A DNA stretch of 63,360 bases, filler included, from Folioceros fuciformis (GCA_049999805.1; 14 parts of 14 records of this genome joined end to end with filler, not necessarily neighbours in it), one strand, 5' to 3'; positions 11,026 to 23,398 are shown, counted from the whole stretch's first letter. Numbers and translations are program-made. Notes: generated by a model from the letters alone, not told the origin.

Positions 11026-12354
11026 ATGGCGGATTCGGAAGAGGTGGGAGGGAATGGTCCAGCCGAGGACACTACACCTCACGATGATGGACTTAGGGTG
11101 GAGCCGGAAGGTTCAGGTAGGGCGCTGTCGATTAGTTCTTGTCCTATGGAATCTGGCAAGTTCAGTTGGGCAAGGCATGTGTCGCGGGCTGACAGGGCTC
11201 CGGCTGCAGAATCTGGGGATTGGGAGGTTAGGGCGCATGAGCTGCCATCCTTACGTGTGGAGGATTGTAGAGATTTAAACCCCCGTGGGCCTGCGAAAGG
11301 GAAAGTCTTCGCCAAGCAACGAGGGCGAGGAGCCTTCACGTATGGGGAAGGGGGGATGTACAGTGACTATATTTCGGGCGCCAGGAGTGTTTCGGGCCAT
11401 TGTGATGGCAGGGAGGCGTCGGAGACTTGCACAGGCGACCAGCGTACGTTCCGCTTGTTGAAGGCAAGCCCTAAACNNNNNNNNNNNNNNNNNNNNNNNN
11501 NNNNNNNNNNNNNNNNNNNNNNNNNNNNNNNNNNNNNNNNNNNNNNNNNNNNNNNNNNNNNNNNNNNNNNNNNNNNAAACAAGTGTCTGTCTTGTATTTC
11601 TAGGGCGGGGAGGCGGGTTGTCGTTGTGGTGCTCGTGATTTGGTGTACAAGTATTTGACGCGGAGAGTATTTGTCACTATGCAGTATTGGAAGAGCGTGG
11701 TGGCCATGTTCTAGTTTTCAAGGAGTTCTCATCCAAGCTGAGGCTGCACGAGCTGGAACAGATAGTGAAACCTTATTCCAGCAGGGGAGTGTCGGTCCGT
11801 TTTCTGAACGACACTACGGCTCTTGCTGTTTTCCGGTCTGCCGCCATAGGTAGGTTCCATGTCCTCATTCCTTGTGTGCTAGTGTTTGCCTTGAGTTCGT
11901 TAGTGAACAGGCATCATGCATGGCATGTCGGATTGCAGCCAAAGAAGCTCTGGCCACCATACATGATCCTAGAGTGAAAGTCGAACTCTACAGCGATGCT
12001 GTAGAGTCACATGCCCTCACCTCGGAAAAAGGTTAGTCCCTTGTTTGTCGCCGGTTCCCTTCCGCTCTCTTATAACAGCTGCATCTGTATATACATGACT
12101 TGTTTCATCAGACTAGGATATACCGGGTTATGCTGCACTTTGCAGATCTCGAGCCACCGATACCTAGGCCACCCACGTCAGTGAGGGTGGCAGAGCGAAT
12201 GATTGCTGGTGCGCTCAGTGCGCAGGGTGCGGCCATCCGTGCTAAAGGGAAATCTAATTTGGATCAGGTGCACAAGGAGGAAACTGAAAGGCGCCAGCGT
12301 TTGCAGGACAGACAACGGTTACGTGACGAGGCCTGGGGGGAGGATGAATTTTGA
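11026..12354 (+). CDS. R3HCC1L-like protein (RRM-like fold plus C-terminal coiled coil), multi-exon; contains a gap at 11477-11576
   Basis: MADSEEVGG...GDWE...KQRGRGAFTYGEGGMYSD; HVLVFKEFSSKLRLHELEQIV...VSVRFLNDTTALAVFRS; DLEPPIPRPPTSVRVAERMIAGAL...ERRQRLQDRQRLRDEAWGEDEF*. These motifs are typical of plant R3HCC1L-like proteins; GT-AG junctions are present. Confidence 0.8.
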
Positions 12355-12702
12355 GTTCGCCTTTCACAAACGGGGCAGGGCGAGTGAGGGATACCAAATT
12401 TTTTTCCTCATGTATTTATTTTCCTTTTTTCCGTCGCTGAAGTTATAGACCAAGCGCCGCTGTACAGCATTTGTCGCCTTAGAATTCACTCCATCCTACT
12501 CGGGATGACTGGGAGGGAACGGAACCTCCTACTGGGTGCACCCGATTGTTTTAAGTTGTTTGGTTCAGTTTGTTTGGTTCAGTGAATTACTTTCGGCCCT
12601 CCCTAATTGGGTGTCAAATAGCATTGTATGATCAGATTAGGAGCGCCTTCAATGAATGCTGTGATAAGATTCGTAACTAAGTTTTGTCACGTGGCTAAAT
12701 CA

Positions 12703-12839
12703 GCATACGGAACGCTTGGCACATGTCTCTTCTCTCCTCTCATACGGAACGCTTGGCACATGTCTCTTCTCTCCTCTCATACGGAATGCGTGGCACATGT
12801 CTCTTCTCTCCTCTCATACGGAACGCTTGGCACATGTCT
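12703..12839. repeat. ~38-bp tandem repeat (CATACGGAACGCTTGGCACATGTCTCTTCTCTCCTCT) at the scaffold end
   Basis: About 3.5 near-identical units visible, cut by the linker. Confidence 0.9.
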
Positions 12840-13369
12840 NNNNNNNNNNNNNNNNNNNNNNNNNNNNNNNNNNNNNNNNNNNNTTAATTAATTAANNNNN
12901 NNNNNNNNNNNNNNNNNNNNNNNNNNNNNNNNNNNNNNNACGTAATGTAGATTTTGATAATTACCCTCACACCTCGTTTTGAATCGGTTGTCCACAGTTC
13001 AGGCCTCGGTCGCTCACGACTGTAGTTCTATCGTCCGATTCAAGATTCCGAAGTCTCACAGCCGAGATCGTTTCAGCGTCCGTGCCCTTGCTCTCTGAGT
13101 CGGAGCACTGGAGACCGCGATTTGACGTCCGCGATGTCACTCTTGCCCGCGCCTTGGCGTCCGCGCTATGGCGCTTTGGCGCCCTGGTCCTCCTGGTCCT
13201 AGAGATTGTTGCGCGCCCACGTGTCGTTTCCGAAGTGCCCACGTGGCGCTTGCGCGACACCCGTGTGGTGTTTACGTGGTGCTCACGTGGCCTGTGTGGC
13301 TTGGGCAACCCGAGCTCTTGATGCGCTCATATGCTCTTGATGCTCTTGATGCGCTCATACACACCTTCT

Positions 13370-15300
13370 TCCACTAAGAGAGACGTATTCATCCGAAACC
13401 CTCTCTGGTCCCTTTTGTGTCGGAGGTCTCCAGGAGAGAGCTATAAGAGCAAGCTGATCGGGTGATGGTCCGATAGCACTATACCAGCCAAAATACTATA
13501 CTCCTACACATATGGTAGCCACGTGGTGGGAACGTAGAACTTATCCAGTCTTCGAGCCCCACAAGCCGTAGGCTGTTGATTGGACCAGTTGAACTTGAGA
13601 GAGTCTTGACGACGGTGTGCCGGAAGAGCCAACCATAGATCCTGTACATTTAGGTTAGTGTCTCTCAGCTCTTGCCACGATAAGGGCACCGTCCGAATTT
13701 CCACCTTACTGACACCTTGGATGTCCTCTCGTCTTTCTACAAAGTTGAAGTCGCCCGTCAGAATCCATGGTATCTGATCACTCAGATGTTCACCTAAACG
13801 ACTCCACAAGAGGCTCCTCTTTGACCCAACGTAAACGGGGGCATAAACGTTACAGATGCCCAAGGGGCCTTGAGAAGTCTAGGGTTTAGGGTTTAAACCC
13901 TAAACCCATGGGGCTAATAGGATCCATCGCCACTCCGCTATTAAAGGAAGCGCCAAGAGATTGGCTTCCTTAAGCTGAATGTCCACCACTTGGTGCTCGC
14001 CGGACATGTACACACCATTGTAGAACTCCACTTCCTTCCCCTCTTTGCTCGTCAATACACCTCCGAAGGCCAGCATCCTGAAAATCTTCTCTTCTAATGT
14101 GCGAGAAGGCTTTGTAAAGATGGACACAGGTGCCACTTCTCCTGCTGGACAAATCATCCATAAACTGTTTTATGCCTCCTATCTTCCTTTCCACTACCAC
14201 CCGAATTTGACACGCATTCACTAGGTAGGCTGGCACGTTTGGGAGTTCGTCTATGATGGGAAGGGAAGAGTTTATTTGACTGGATCTCCCTTCCCCCACC
14301 CCAGAGCACCCTGGCTGGCTTCGATGGTTATCCTTAACATTAAAGCCAAAGATTGCCCCCTCCTCTTCAGGGAAGACTACCAATACGTCATGCCAAATTG
14401 GCTCAGATTCCTCATCAGCATAGGGGGTAGAAAAAAATTCACCCTACGAGTCAGAAGAGATTATGGGCCTTCCGGGTGGGCTGAGGCAATTACTACCCAA
14501 GGCCCCCCGTGTATGCACCTCATCACTGCCGTCCCTGGTGACGTCCCTGTTCTAGACCTCCTGGTGGATAGTCCCCAAATGTGTCGTCCTCCCAAGTTTA
14601 CCTTGATCGTGGTTCTAGCCCATCCCGCATACCTTTGCCTCTTTAAGTCCAGCTATAGCCAGACCTTTCTCAACTTTGATTTTCTTGCCTTCGGGTGAAG
14701 CCGCTGCCAGGACCAACCTNNNNNNNNNNNNNNNNNNNNNNNNNNNNNNNNNNNNNNNNNNNNNNNNNNNNNNNNNNNNNNNNNNNNNNNNNNNNNNNNN
14801 NNNNNNNNNNNNNNNNNNNTCATGCCAAATTGGCTTAGATTCCTCATCAGCACAGGGGGTAGAAAAAATTTCACCCTGCAAGTCAGAAGAGACTATGGGC
14901 CTTCTGGGTGGGCTGAGATAGTTACTACCCAAGGCCCCGCGTGTATGCACCTCATCACTGCCCTCCCTGGTGACGTCCTTGTTCCAGACCTCCTGGTGGA
15001 CAGTCCCCAAATGTGTCCTCCTCCCAAGTTTCCCTTGATCGTGGTCCTAGCCCGTCCCGCATACCTTTGCCTCTTTAAGTCCAGCTATAACCAGATCTTT
15101 CTCAACTTTGATTTTCTTGCCTTCGGGTGAAGCCGCTACCAGGACCAACCTCTGCACCGCTTTATTAAGAGCCTTCCTCGCCACCGCCACAGCAAGTTGG
15201 TCTTGCCACAAAGAAATTCCCAGCAAGTCTTCAAATATGCGGGATTGTTTCCCTTTGCCTGTTTTGAGGGATGTGTGTGAACCTCGAAAGTTTGGGGTAG
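13370..15300 (-). mobile_element. Degenerate L1-type LINE: ORF1-like region plus partial APE endonuclease
   Basis: 13504-13863 encodes ICNVYAP...LW..L...PWILTGDFN...DLW...FNWSN...RRLDKFYV, followed by a frameshifted LSDHHPI motif. These are conserved blocks of the LINE AP endonuclease. The upstream fragmented ORFs are ORF1-like. No RT is present. Confidence 0.8.
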
Positions 15301-15529
15301 TTGTTTGTTTTGGTTGAAAAAGGGTTAATAGTGGTATGGTTTGGTTTTCTTTTTCTANNNNNNNNNNNNNNNNNNNNNNNNNNNNNNNNNNNNNNNNNNN
15401 NTTAATTAATTAANNNNNNNNNNNNNNNNNNNNNNNNNNNNNNNNNNNNNNNNNNNNTGGGTGCGGGGTGAGAGGTAGTGGGAGAATCGGAAAGCCTTTG
15501 CCGGTTGAGGTTTGCGGGCGTCTCTATCT

Positions 15530-16347
15530 ATGGCGGCTTTGCTGGTGCCGATTAGCGGCTCTGCTTCTGGATCACTCATGGGCTTGAGTATGCCAAGAAG
15601 AGATTATGCTCGGGATAGGCATGTCAAGGCTTTCAGTGTTAGAGCTTCCTGTATGGACCCTTTGTTGACCCTGTTGAGAACAGACAAGGACCCCGAGAGG
15701 CAACAGATGGTCATTGATTCAGTCAAGATGCTGCATGAAGAAACCATCCAGGTCTCGAGGGCTACGGAGCAAGCCTTGCAGCAGGCTAGGGAGCAAGCCT
15801 TGCAGCAGGCCATAGAAGCTTCGAGGGCTAGGGAGCAAGCCGTGCAGCAGGCTAGGGAGCAAGCCTTTCAGCAGGCCATAGAAGCTTCGAGGGCTAGGGA
15901 GCAAGCCGTGCAGCAGGCTAGGGAGCAAGCCTTTNNNNNNNNNNNNNNNNNNNNNNNNNNNNNNNNNNNNNNNNNNNNNNNNNNNNNNNNNNNNNNNNNN
16001 NNNNNNNNNNNNNNNNNNNNNNNNNNNNNNNNNNCACCAAGGATAGAAGAACCAGAGCTGATTGGTGGCGGTATTTTCTATCCTCAGATGTGAAGTTGTT
16101 TCAGTGTATCAAGATCTCTGGAGGTTGGCAATCCATTGATGATCAAGTTAGAGCCATGGTGGATGTGTACAAAATTCTTTCTGCCCATGTTCACGACGAT
16201 AAATTTCGTGTCCTTTCGCTACTTGAAAGGCAGAATGGAGCATGGAAGATATCCAGGTTTCCACTAACATTTGCTCAAGCTGCGGCAATAGTTTGCATAG
16301 CTGACTCTCTAGGCTATCACTTAGTGATAGATTCGGATGACTCATAA
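15530..16347 (+). CDS. Unknown protein: transit-peptide-like N-terminus, 22-aa helical repeats and a C-terminal globular domain; middle hidden by a gap
   Basis: MAALLVPISGSASGSLMGLSMPRRDYARDRHVKAFSVRASC..., then repeats AREQALQQAIEASRAREQAVQQ. After the gap (15935-16034) an open frame reads TKDRRTRADWWRYFLSSDVKLFQCIKISGGWQSIDDQVRAMVDVYKILSAHVHDDKF...PLTFAQAAAIVCIADSLGYHLVIDSDDS*. Joining across the gap is inferred. Confidence 0.7.
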
Positions 16348-16772
16348 ATTTCAATGCAACCGTTTTTACTATTAGGATGTGAACTGTGAACTATGGACAA
16401 AGAATGTTCACAACTTGTGAACTATGGACAAAGAGAATGTCTGCTGTATTTGTTCTCCTACATTTGTTTCCCGCTTCGGCAAGCGGTGCATACTCGTTTT
16501 GGCCATGGTAGCCTTCTCAACAGCTTTCTCGACGTTGAGCGAATGCGCTGCAACCACGTGAGCATATCAACCACACCCTGTACTCTGTGACTGATGGTTT
16601 CTTCTAATGTTGATGGCATTGGTGTGTGCTGTAAGGAAAATTCTTCTAATGCCCGTAGCAGCAGATGTAATGACCTGTATATCCGGCAGGTTGAACCTGC
16701 TGAGACAAAGGATGTGAATGTGTTCTGCAGGATGGACGATGATGCTAAGTTGATCTTAACCAATCTATTCAG

Positions 16773-18495
16773 ATGTTGGGAGTAATACATTTAGCGCCTG
16801 TAGGTGGAATCCACCTCAACAGCGGCACCAATGGTAGCACAAGAGTCCCAAGAGACCACAGCCATTACGAATTTATGAATGTCATGTCGGAATAAGTGGA
16901 GAAGAACTTGGTGTAACAACGTTCCAACAGTTTACTGCGAAGGCAAGTATGGATTGAGTCTGGTGGTTCGTTGCCTTTGTTTTGTGCCCTGCTCAGAATG
17001 TCTGTAGTATGTAGTTTGCAGTCTGAGAAACCATGTTTTATGACAAATAGGGCTCTTCCTCATGTCAAGAAGTCTAGGTACAACGCTGTCCAGCTCATGG
17101 GTATTCAGGAGCATGTAGACTATGCAAGTGCTGGCTATAAGGTACAACCCTGTTGTGCTCTTCATGTGCCTCATGTTTGAAGGTTCGTTGAGATTATTCT
17201 GCGCCCATTTAATGTGCAGAATTTGCCAACTGGGCAGGTTACGAATATGTTTGTGGTAAGTAGTCGCTTTGGAACCCCAGAAGATTTGAAACATCTGGTT
17301 GACAGTGCCCATGGTTCGTTAGGCATTCCTTGCAAGCCTGCTACTGAAGCCCAGTTTACATCAAGTCAGCGTTTCGTTTCTCATGTTTTGAGTTCATGAT
17401 GAAACAGGAATGGGCCTGTTTTTCATCGTGGACATAGTCCACTCACATGCGGCTGCAGATGAGATGGTTGGCCTTTCTTCATTCGATGGTGCTAATGATT
17501 GTTACTTCCATGATGGTTAGTGTGCTCTGCCTTGCAAGGAGTGGTGCAGAATGCTGAGATTGTTTTTTAGTCTGTTCACCATCACGTTCACTGTAGCAGC
17601 TGAGTTCACCCTTGCATTGCAGGACGGCGAGGGCGTCACAAACATACAGGCACCCGCATATGCAATTATGGTGAATACGAAGTGCTTTGCTACCTCTTAT
17701 CAAAGTTGAAGTGGTTATTGGATTTAGTCTGCCTCGATGATCTCTAGTGTGACTGATCTTTCTGAATGCTGTGTTTGAATTTGCTCTCAGGCAGTTCGCA
17801 TCTAGAGCAAGGTAGCTTGGAAGTCACACGTTTCTTTCTCATGGCAGGTGGGTGGAAGAGTATCAAATAGATGGTTTCCACTTCCATTTGCTGCAGTCCA
17901 TGTTTTACAACCACAATGGATTTGCAGAGTTCACAAATGGCTTGAATGAGTAAGGCTGCTGTCATTCAGGAAATTGCTCGCAGGAGCTCCATGTTGGTCG
18001 AATTACATAGACTGCTTCCTCGCTCTTTCTCACATTTCTCTGGTTGTGCAGCAATCAATACGTGGACAGAGATGCATTGCTGTATGTGATTCTGGCTATT
18101 GAGATGCTGCACAAGCTCAACTCGAACATTGTCACAATTGCAGGGGATGTATGCACAATCCTGCCTCTCTTCTCTTAATTGACAAATTCTGGATTGCTTG
18201 TGTGCACAGCACCAGCACTCTCTTGGCTGAGTCGATTGCTACTTCCCACAGGCCTCACAGTATCCAGGATTGACTGAACCCATCAGTAAAGGCGGTTGGG
18301 CTTTGACTACTTTGCCAGCGTCTCACCCTCTGAGATGTGGTCGTATCTCATTGAATATGTTCCAGACAGTGAATGGAGTATGAGTCAGGTGAGATTTGAG
18401 AGTCCTGTACTCCATGGAATTCTTCGTGAGTGTGGTTCACGTTTTGTGAACTAACGAACGGCATGTGGTACGGCGATTTCAGATTGTAGAGACTT
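16773..18495 (+). pseudogene. SBE3: Pseudogene fragment of 1,4-alpha-glucan branching enzyme class III (SBE3 / Arabidopsis BE1-type)
   Basis: Exons encode [88 protein letters not shown] and VPDSEWSMSQ. Lesions: in-frame TAG at 16835-16837, a 1-nt deletion in GGLGFDY near 18296, and AED changed to AGD. No 5' exons found; the 3' end is cut by the linker. Confidence 0.88.
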
Positions 18496-18595
18496 NNNNN
18501 NNNNNNNNNNNNNNNNNNNNNNNNNNNNNNNNNNNNNNNTTAATTAATTAANNNNNNNNNNNNNNNNNNNNNNNNNNNNNNNNNNNNNNNNNNNN

Positions 18596-20000
18596 GTCCT
18601 AGCACCCCTGGATCAGCTTTCAATGGCCGAGGAACCATTTCAATTAGAAGCTGATTCTGCTGAATAAGTTGCAGATTTAAGGCCCAGTTCCAGCTACTAA
18701 TCACTCTTCTTCTTATCTCTCCACTTTCTTCTCTCACTGCCCATATTAACACGGAGGGCCCTCCGTCTCAAGACTGTTTGACAGTCCATCGGTCCACTGT
18801 TCCTTGCAGTTGTCGATTGGATGTAATGGATGCCTGTTTGCTACCCTAACCCACTCCAGCGGGAGTTGGACTCCTACAACCTCTCTACTTACATCTTTTC
18901 CTATAATAGCAAAAGATGTAAGTAATATGAGAAGACCCTAAGCAAGAAGAACATAGTATGTTCTTCTTGCTTCTAACACGTCCCGGGTAGGTTTAACCTA
19001 CTGTCCGTGGGCCCCATAGAACATCTCTTAGGACTAAACTAACAAACTGATAAGTGCCCCTCCCATAAGGGTTGTGCATCGCCCATCTTGGGAACCGTAA
19101 GAGGAGATGCTACAGGAGTGAAGGTGGCTGGTCCGAAGGCAACCTCAGCTGTCATGGGGATAGTAGTAGGAGAAGCCTTTGCCTCAACAATAAGAAGGCG
19201 GCACCCATCAGATCTAGAAGAGTAGACAACAGCCAAGGATCAACAAGAGTTGTTGGTAGGGCCAGCAAGGGGGTTGGTGGCTTGTCAAGTTGATGGTAGG
19301 GTAAACTAGTCTAGAATAATGATGTGCTATAAACTATTGTTTTGGTTGTCGGGTTCCTAGTGGTCAACCAGTAGAGAGAGGAAGGGGACTAGAGCTAGGA
19401 GTCCTCTATAAGGGGTTGTGAGCCTCTAGAACCCATTTGTCACTTGACGATCTCTCTCTCGGGGCTGTTCCTGCTTGGATATAGTAGTGTGTGTCGGCTG
19501 TGCATATTGTGCAGTATCTGGTAAAGCTTTGAGAAGTGGTGGCCAAGGTTAAGGACTAGGTCCATTTAATTCTTAATCGTGCTCTTCGTGTCGTGCCTCA
19601 TGATATGTCATTCTTGTTTCCTCGCAGGGGTGGAGTGAGTTCCTACCATGCTTGCATGATGTCTAGTAGGATTGTGGGTGGCAACATGCTCTTCTTTGGG
19701 GTTAGTCTAGTGACTCTTGCTGAGTGGGGGAGTCGAGAGGGAAGTGTAGAAGTTAGTGATGTTGTTGCTAGTGCTGGAGTGAGTGGGTGAGTGAAGTGAG
19801 AGAGGGAATTCGCAGACCTGAGAGGTTAGTGTTGTTGTAGTGATTGGAGTGAATTTGTGAGCATCGAGAGAGCTGTAGTCGACCGCTGGACAGCGAGGAC
19901 TGTCCCATGCTTGATCGGAGCTGGAGAGGAGCCCTAGAATCTGTCATCGAGTTGGTTGAGTTTGAACCTCCATCCATAGCAACGAGGAACCCCATCGCTC
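18596..20000. mobile_element. Probable degenerate retroelement fragments
   Basis: Only short broken low-complexity ORFs and no splice-consistent gene, next to transposase relics. Family not identifiable. Confidence 0.3.
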
Positions 20001-20039
20001 CTTCATGGGAACGAAACCCAATATCTCAATGACAGTGGG

Positions 20040-21610
20040 ATAAGTGTGGATGCTAAAGGTCGAACCCTTTGGCAAACAGTGCCCGGGGTTTTGCCACCAC
20101 AGCAAGTCCATGGTATGGGATACTCATAGATGAGGGGATAGATAAGGCAATGGTGCAACACATAATTATTTATATGTATTATTCGCATAATTGGATGGTA
20201 GGAAGAGAGTTTTTAAAGCTAGCCAACATAACAAGTGCATGTGCACAAAGCATCTTCAACGCCTTGGTTGAGCAATTATAACTCTTTGATCTAGACATTA
20301 AAAAAATGAGTGGATTTGTGAGCGATGAAGCATCAGTCATGATTGGTAAGGGCAAAGGCTAAGGCGATTACAATGTTTTGAATTTCTACATAATGTGAAT
20401 TCGTATTTTGCTCAAACTCATTGTGTTGCTTACCGCAGGGCCCTTGCAACCGTAGAGGCAACATTCAAGGTTCCTGACTTTGAGGTGACAAATAAGATTG
20501 TCAAGAAATTACATACTGCTCGTCAACATTCAAGGGAGAAGACTACGACTTTATGTAAATTGTAAGTGCAATTAGAAATGCAAGTCTTAACTGTATTAAA
20601 AATTCATGATGTTCGTTGGTTGTCTAGAGGTCAAGCCAGGAGTATGATAGTTTGTCTATTACTAGTTTTACTTAAACTTACTCAAGAGGATAAGAGCCTA
20701 AATTGACCAATAGCCAATAAGAGTACAAGTAGTTCTTCTTCTTTGCAGGGGAAGACTATCTTCCAAGCTTTGCTAATTACTAAGGTCTTATTTGTATTTC
20801 ACTTTCTATCAGATATTTTAGAGGTCCTTAATTCCTTAAACACTAACTTTGAATAAGATTAGCTAGAGCCAGTTAGCATAGCTCCTCTCATAGATTCTAT
20901 TCTTGAACAAGTCAAAAGTATGTATAAAGATGATAGGTTGAGTATAGGAAGTAGAAAGCTTTTCTCTTTCATTCAAAACTTTAAAAAAAAGTCATGGAGT
21001 GTATGAGGTTTTGTAATATCTGACTACTGTAAAATCAAACTAAATTCTTGCATTGCTAGTGCTAACAAATATGCTTTAGCTATTGTTGATGCAGTGAATA
21101 ATAAGTTTCATGATTTTTGTGTGTTGCATGGTTGTTGTGTATCTAGTCATAAATTTTATTTTGAAGATGTAGATAATGTATACAATTAGTTAATAGTTTG
21201 TTAGAGGTATTGTTGAAAAAAATTTGGAACTAGCTCTTAGGATACAAATATTACTATTGTCAACCCTTTTGTAGTTGATGAGGTGTGTTAAGTTGAGTTG
21301 TTAATGTTTGTGTCCATCTTGAAATCTTCTTGTGCTGGACTTAGTATGTTAGCAGCTTACAAAATATACTCAATAACTCGGAGTGGGTAGTACTAACCCC
21401 CTCTATGTTATGTCTTTGGAATTATGTATTGTTAAATATGTGAGCAAGGATGTTCTAAGCAAAACTTTGTGATGAATAATATGAGAACTAATCATAATAT
21501 TCTGACCCTGGATGCATTGATGAGTATATCCACCTATAGTCGACTTGTTAAGAAGATAGATGGGAATGGTATTTTTAAAGCTTGGAAAGATGACAGAATA
21601 TACTAGATAT
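20040..21610 (+). mobile_element. Degenerate hAT transposase (ZNF862-like)
   Basis: Broken frames give GILIDEGIDKAMVQHIIIY...EFLKL...AQSIFNAL, GFVSDEASVMIG, HCVAYRRALA, IHDVRWLSRGQA, HFLSDILEVLNSLN and a CEQGCSKQN...LDALMSI dimerisation-like block. Many stops. Confidence 0.8.
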
Positions 21611-21839
21611 TTATTTTTATATTATTATTTATAAAATTATTTATTTAATATTTATTATATTTAGTGACCAAGGGCTGCAAAAAGGTGCGGTCCCAACTCG
21701 GTCCGGGACCGAGCGTAGCCAGGCTAGGCGGCCCCGGGGTCTGAGATAGTACTTGGTCAAAATGACAGCATGGTCCTAACCATCTCTTCTATGACACTAA
21801 TGAAGTGTTGGCCCGTAGTCTCTCACCACTTGACCATTT

Positions 21840-22800
21840 ATTCCATAAAATCTTGTTGCTCATGATGGGGCTGCATCTTAATCTCTCACACAATAATATG
21901 TGGCAGATCTCCCACGTTTCGCACGAGCTAAGTGATATGTATCATGTGATGCCCCATCTATGTAAGTAACACCATAAACATATAGCCATATGAAAAGTTT
22001 TGTCATCACGCATAGCACAATCCACAGTGCGCATATGAATTGCAATTGTGCCGTGTGTGCAAGGCTCGTGGACACCATGCACGTTCTCGTTCTAATGAGG
22101 GCTGAGTNNNNNNNNNNNNNNNNNNNNNNNNNNNNNNNNNNNNNNNNNNNNNNNNNNNNNNNNNNNNNNNNNNNNNNNNNNNNNNNNNNNNNNNNNNNNN
22201 NNNNNNNGGAAAGGTGGTAGCCTCAATCAAATAAATCTTCATTCTATCCTCAGAGGACATATAATATGCAACAATGGATCCACCAACACATGGAAATCAG
22301 CCTCATCTAGGATGCTCGTAAACCTTCTCCACTTTGAGTTTGGCTTGTAATCTACAGCCTTCCTTCGTGAGATCAAGGTACCGATAATGGCATGCCCTCT
22401 CATTCACCAATTCATGCAAAAGCCAAATTGAATCCATACACCTTCCTATTAAGGTAGCCATGTTAAAAGAAACTCTTCGAACTCATGAAGGGCCTCCAAA
22501 TCATTGTTGTATCTTGTCCTTCGCGGGGATACAAGATGCAATTATTCAACCATATATTTGCTATAAATATATATAAAGAACAACATATAACTGACACCTT
22601 GTCAATATCCATCCTATCTTTTTGTTGATCAACCCTTACGTACAATGAAACAAGAGCATATAAGATGAGAATAGTACATATAGAGTCACCCCGCTGCTTC
22701 TTAAAATAGTCAACAAAGATTGGTTCGCGTTCATACAACTCCTAACAAAATAATTCTTAAAAGATCTTCTCCACGTGATAATATCTTGTTGAGTATTGAG
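21840..22800 (-). mobile_element. Degenerate Mutator-like (MULE/SWIM) transposase remnant
   Basis: Fragments EPIFVDYFKKQR, GQDT, WLLHELV...HYRYLD and a decayed SWIM-like Cys/His cluster (HNCNSYAHCGLC), with stops and frameshifts. Confidence 0.55.
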
Positions 22801-23398
22801 TAATGTAATATACATAATTTTTGCAAGAGTTGGTCAATTTGTTTTTGTTGCAATAGGAAAATAATAATTATTTTACTATTTAATGTAATGTAACCCTAAA
22901 CCCTAAGTAACAATGTTGGAAATAAATTGGTCTATTCTTAAACCCTTCCTTTACTTTCTACTCGTATGGTATGGCATTGCACTACCCTCCGAAAATGCTC
23001 TCTTATGCAAGTTGAGGGTTTGAGAAGGCCGACGCTATTGCTATGCGAAGTTATAGACTTCAATTTTATGAGGAAAGTGGAGATTGATATGAGGCAGGCT
23101 TCAAACATGTTTTACAATTCAGTTATTTTTCAAGTGCACTATAGTACCAAGGCGCGCACAAGTGTGTGCCGCCTACTTACATGTATGCAGCCTATGTAGC
23201 AAAAGGTCTTGTGCTTCAAATCGTGGAGATTTTGGCCTTTCAATCATAGGAACAATAATGTCGTCCCTTGTCCTGGGTTAGTTTGCCGTTGGATTTGGCT
23301 GTTCAGGTTTGTTTGCAAGTTCATTAGGTTTGTTTGCTGGCGAACCCACAGTGGAGAATGTTTCTAAACAACATTTGTTGTAAAGGCATGTAAACATC

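Noticed and set aside
16835..16837. In-frame TAG in SBE3 as a U-to-C editing site
   Set aside because: Such editing is organellar. This is a nuclear intron-containing sequence that also has a frameshift and a catalytic substitution.
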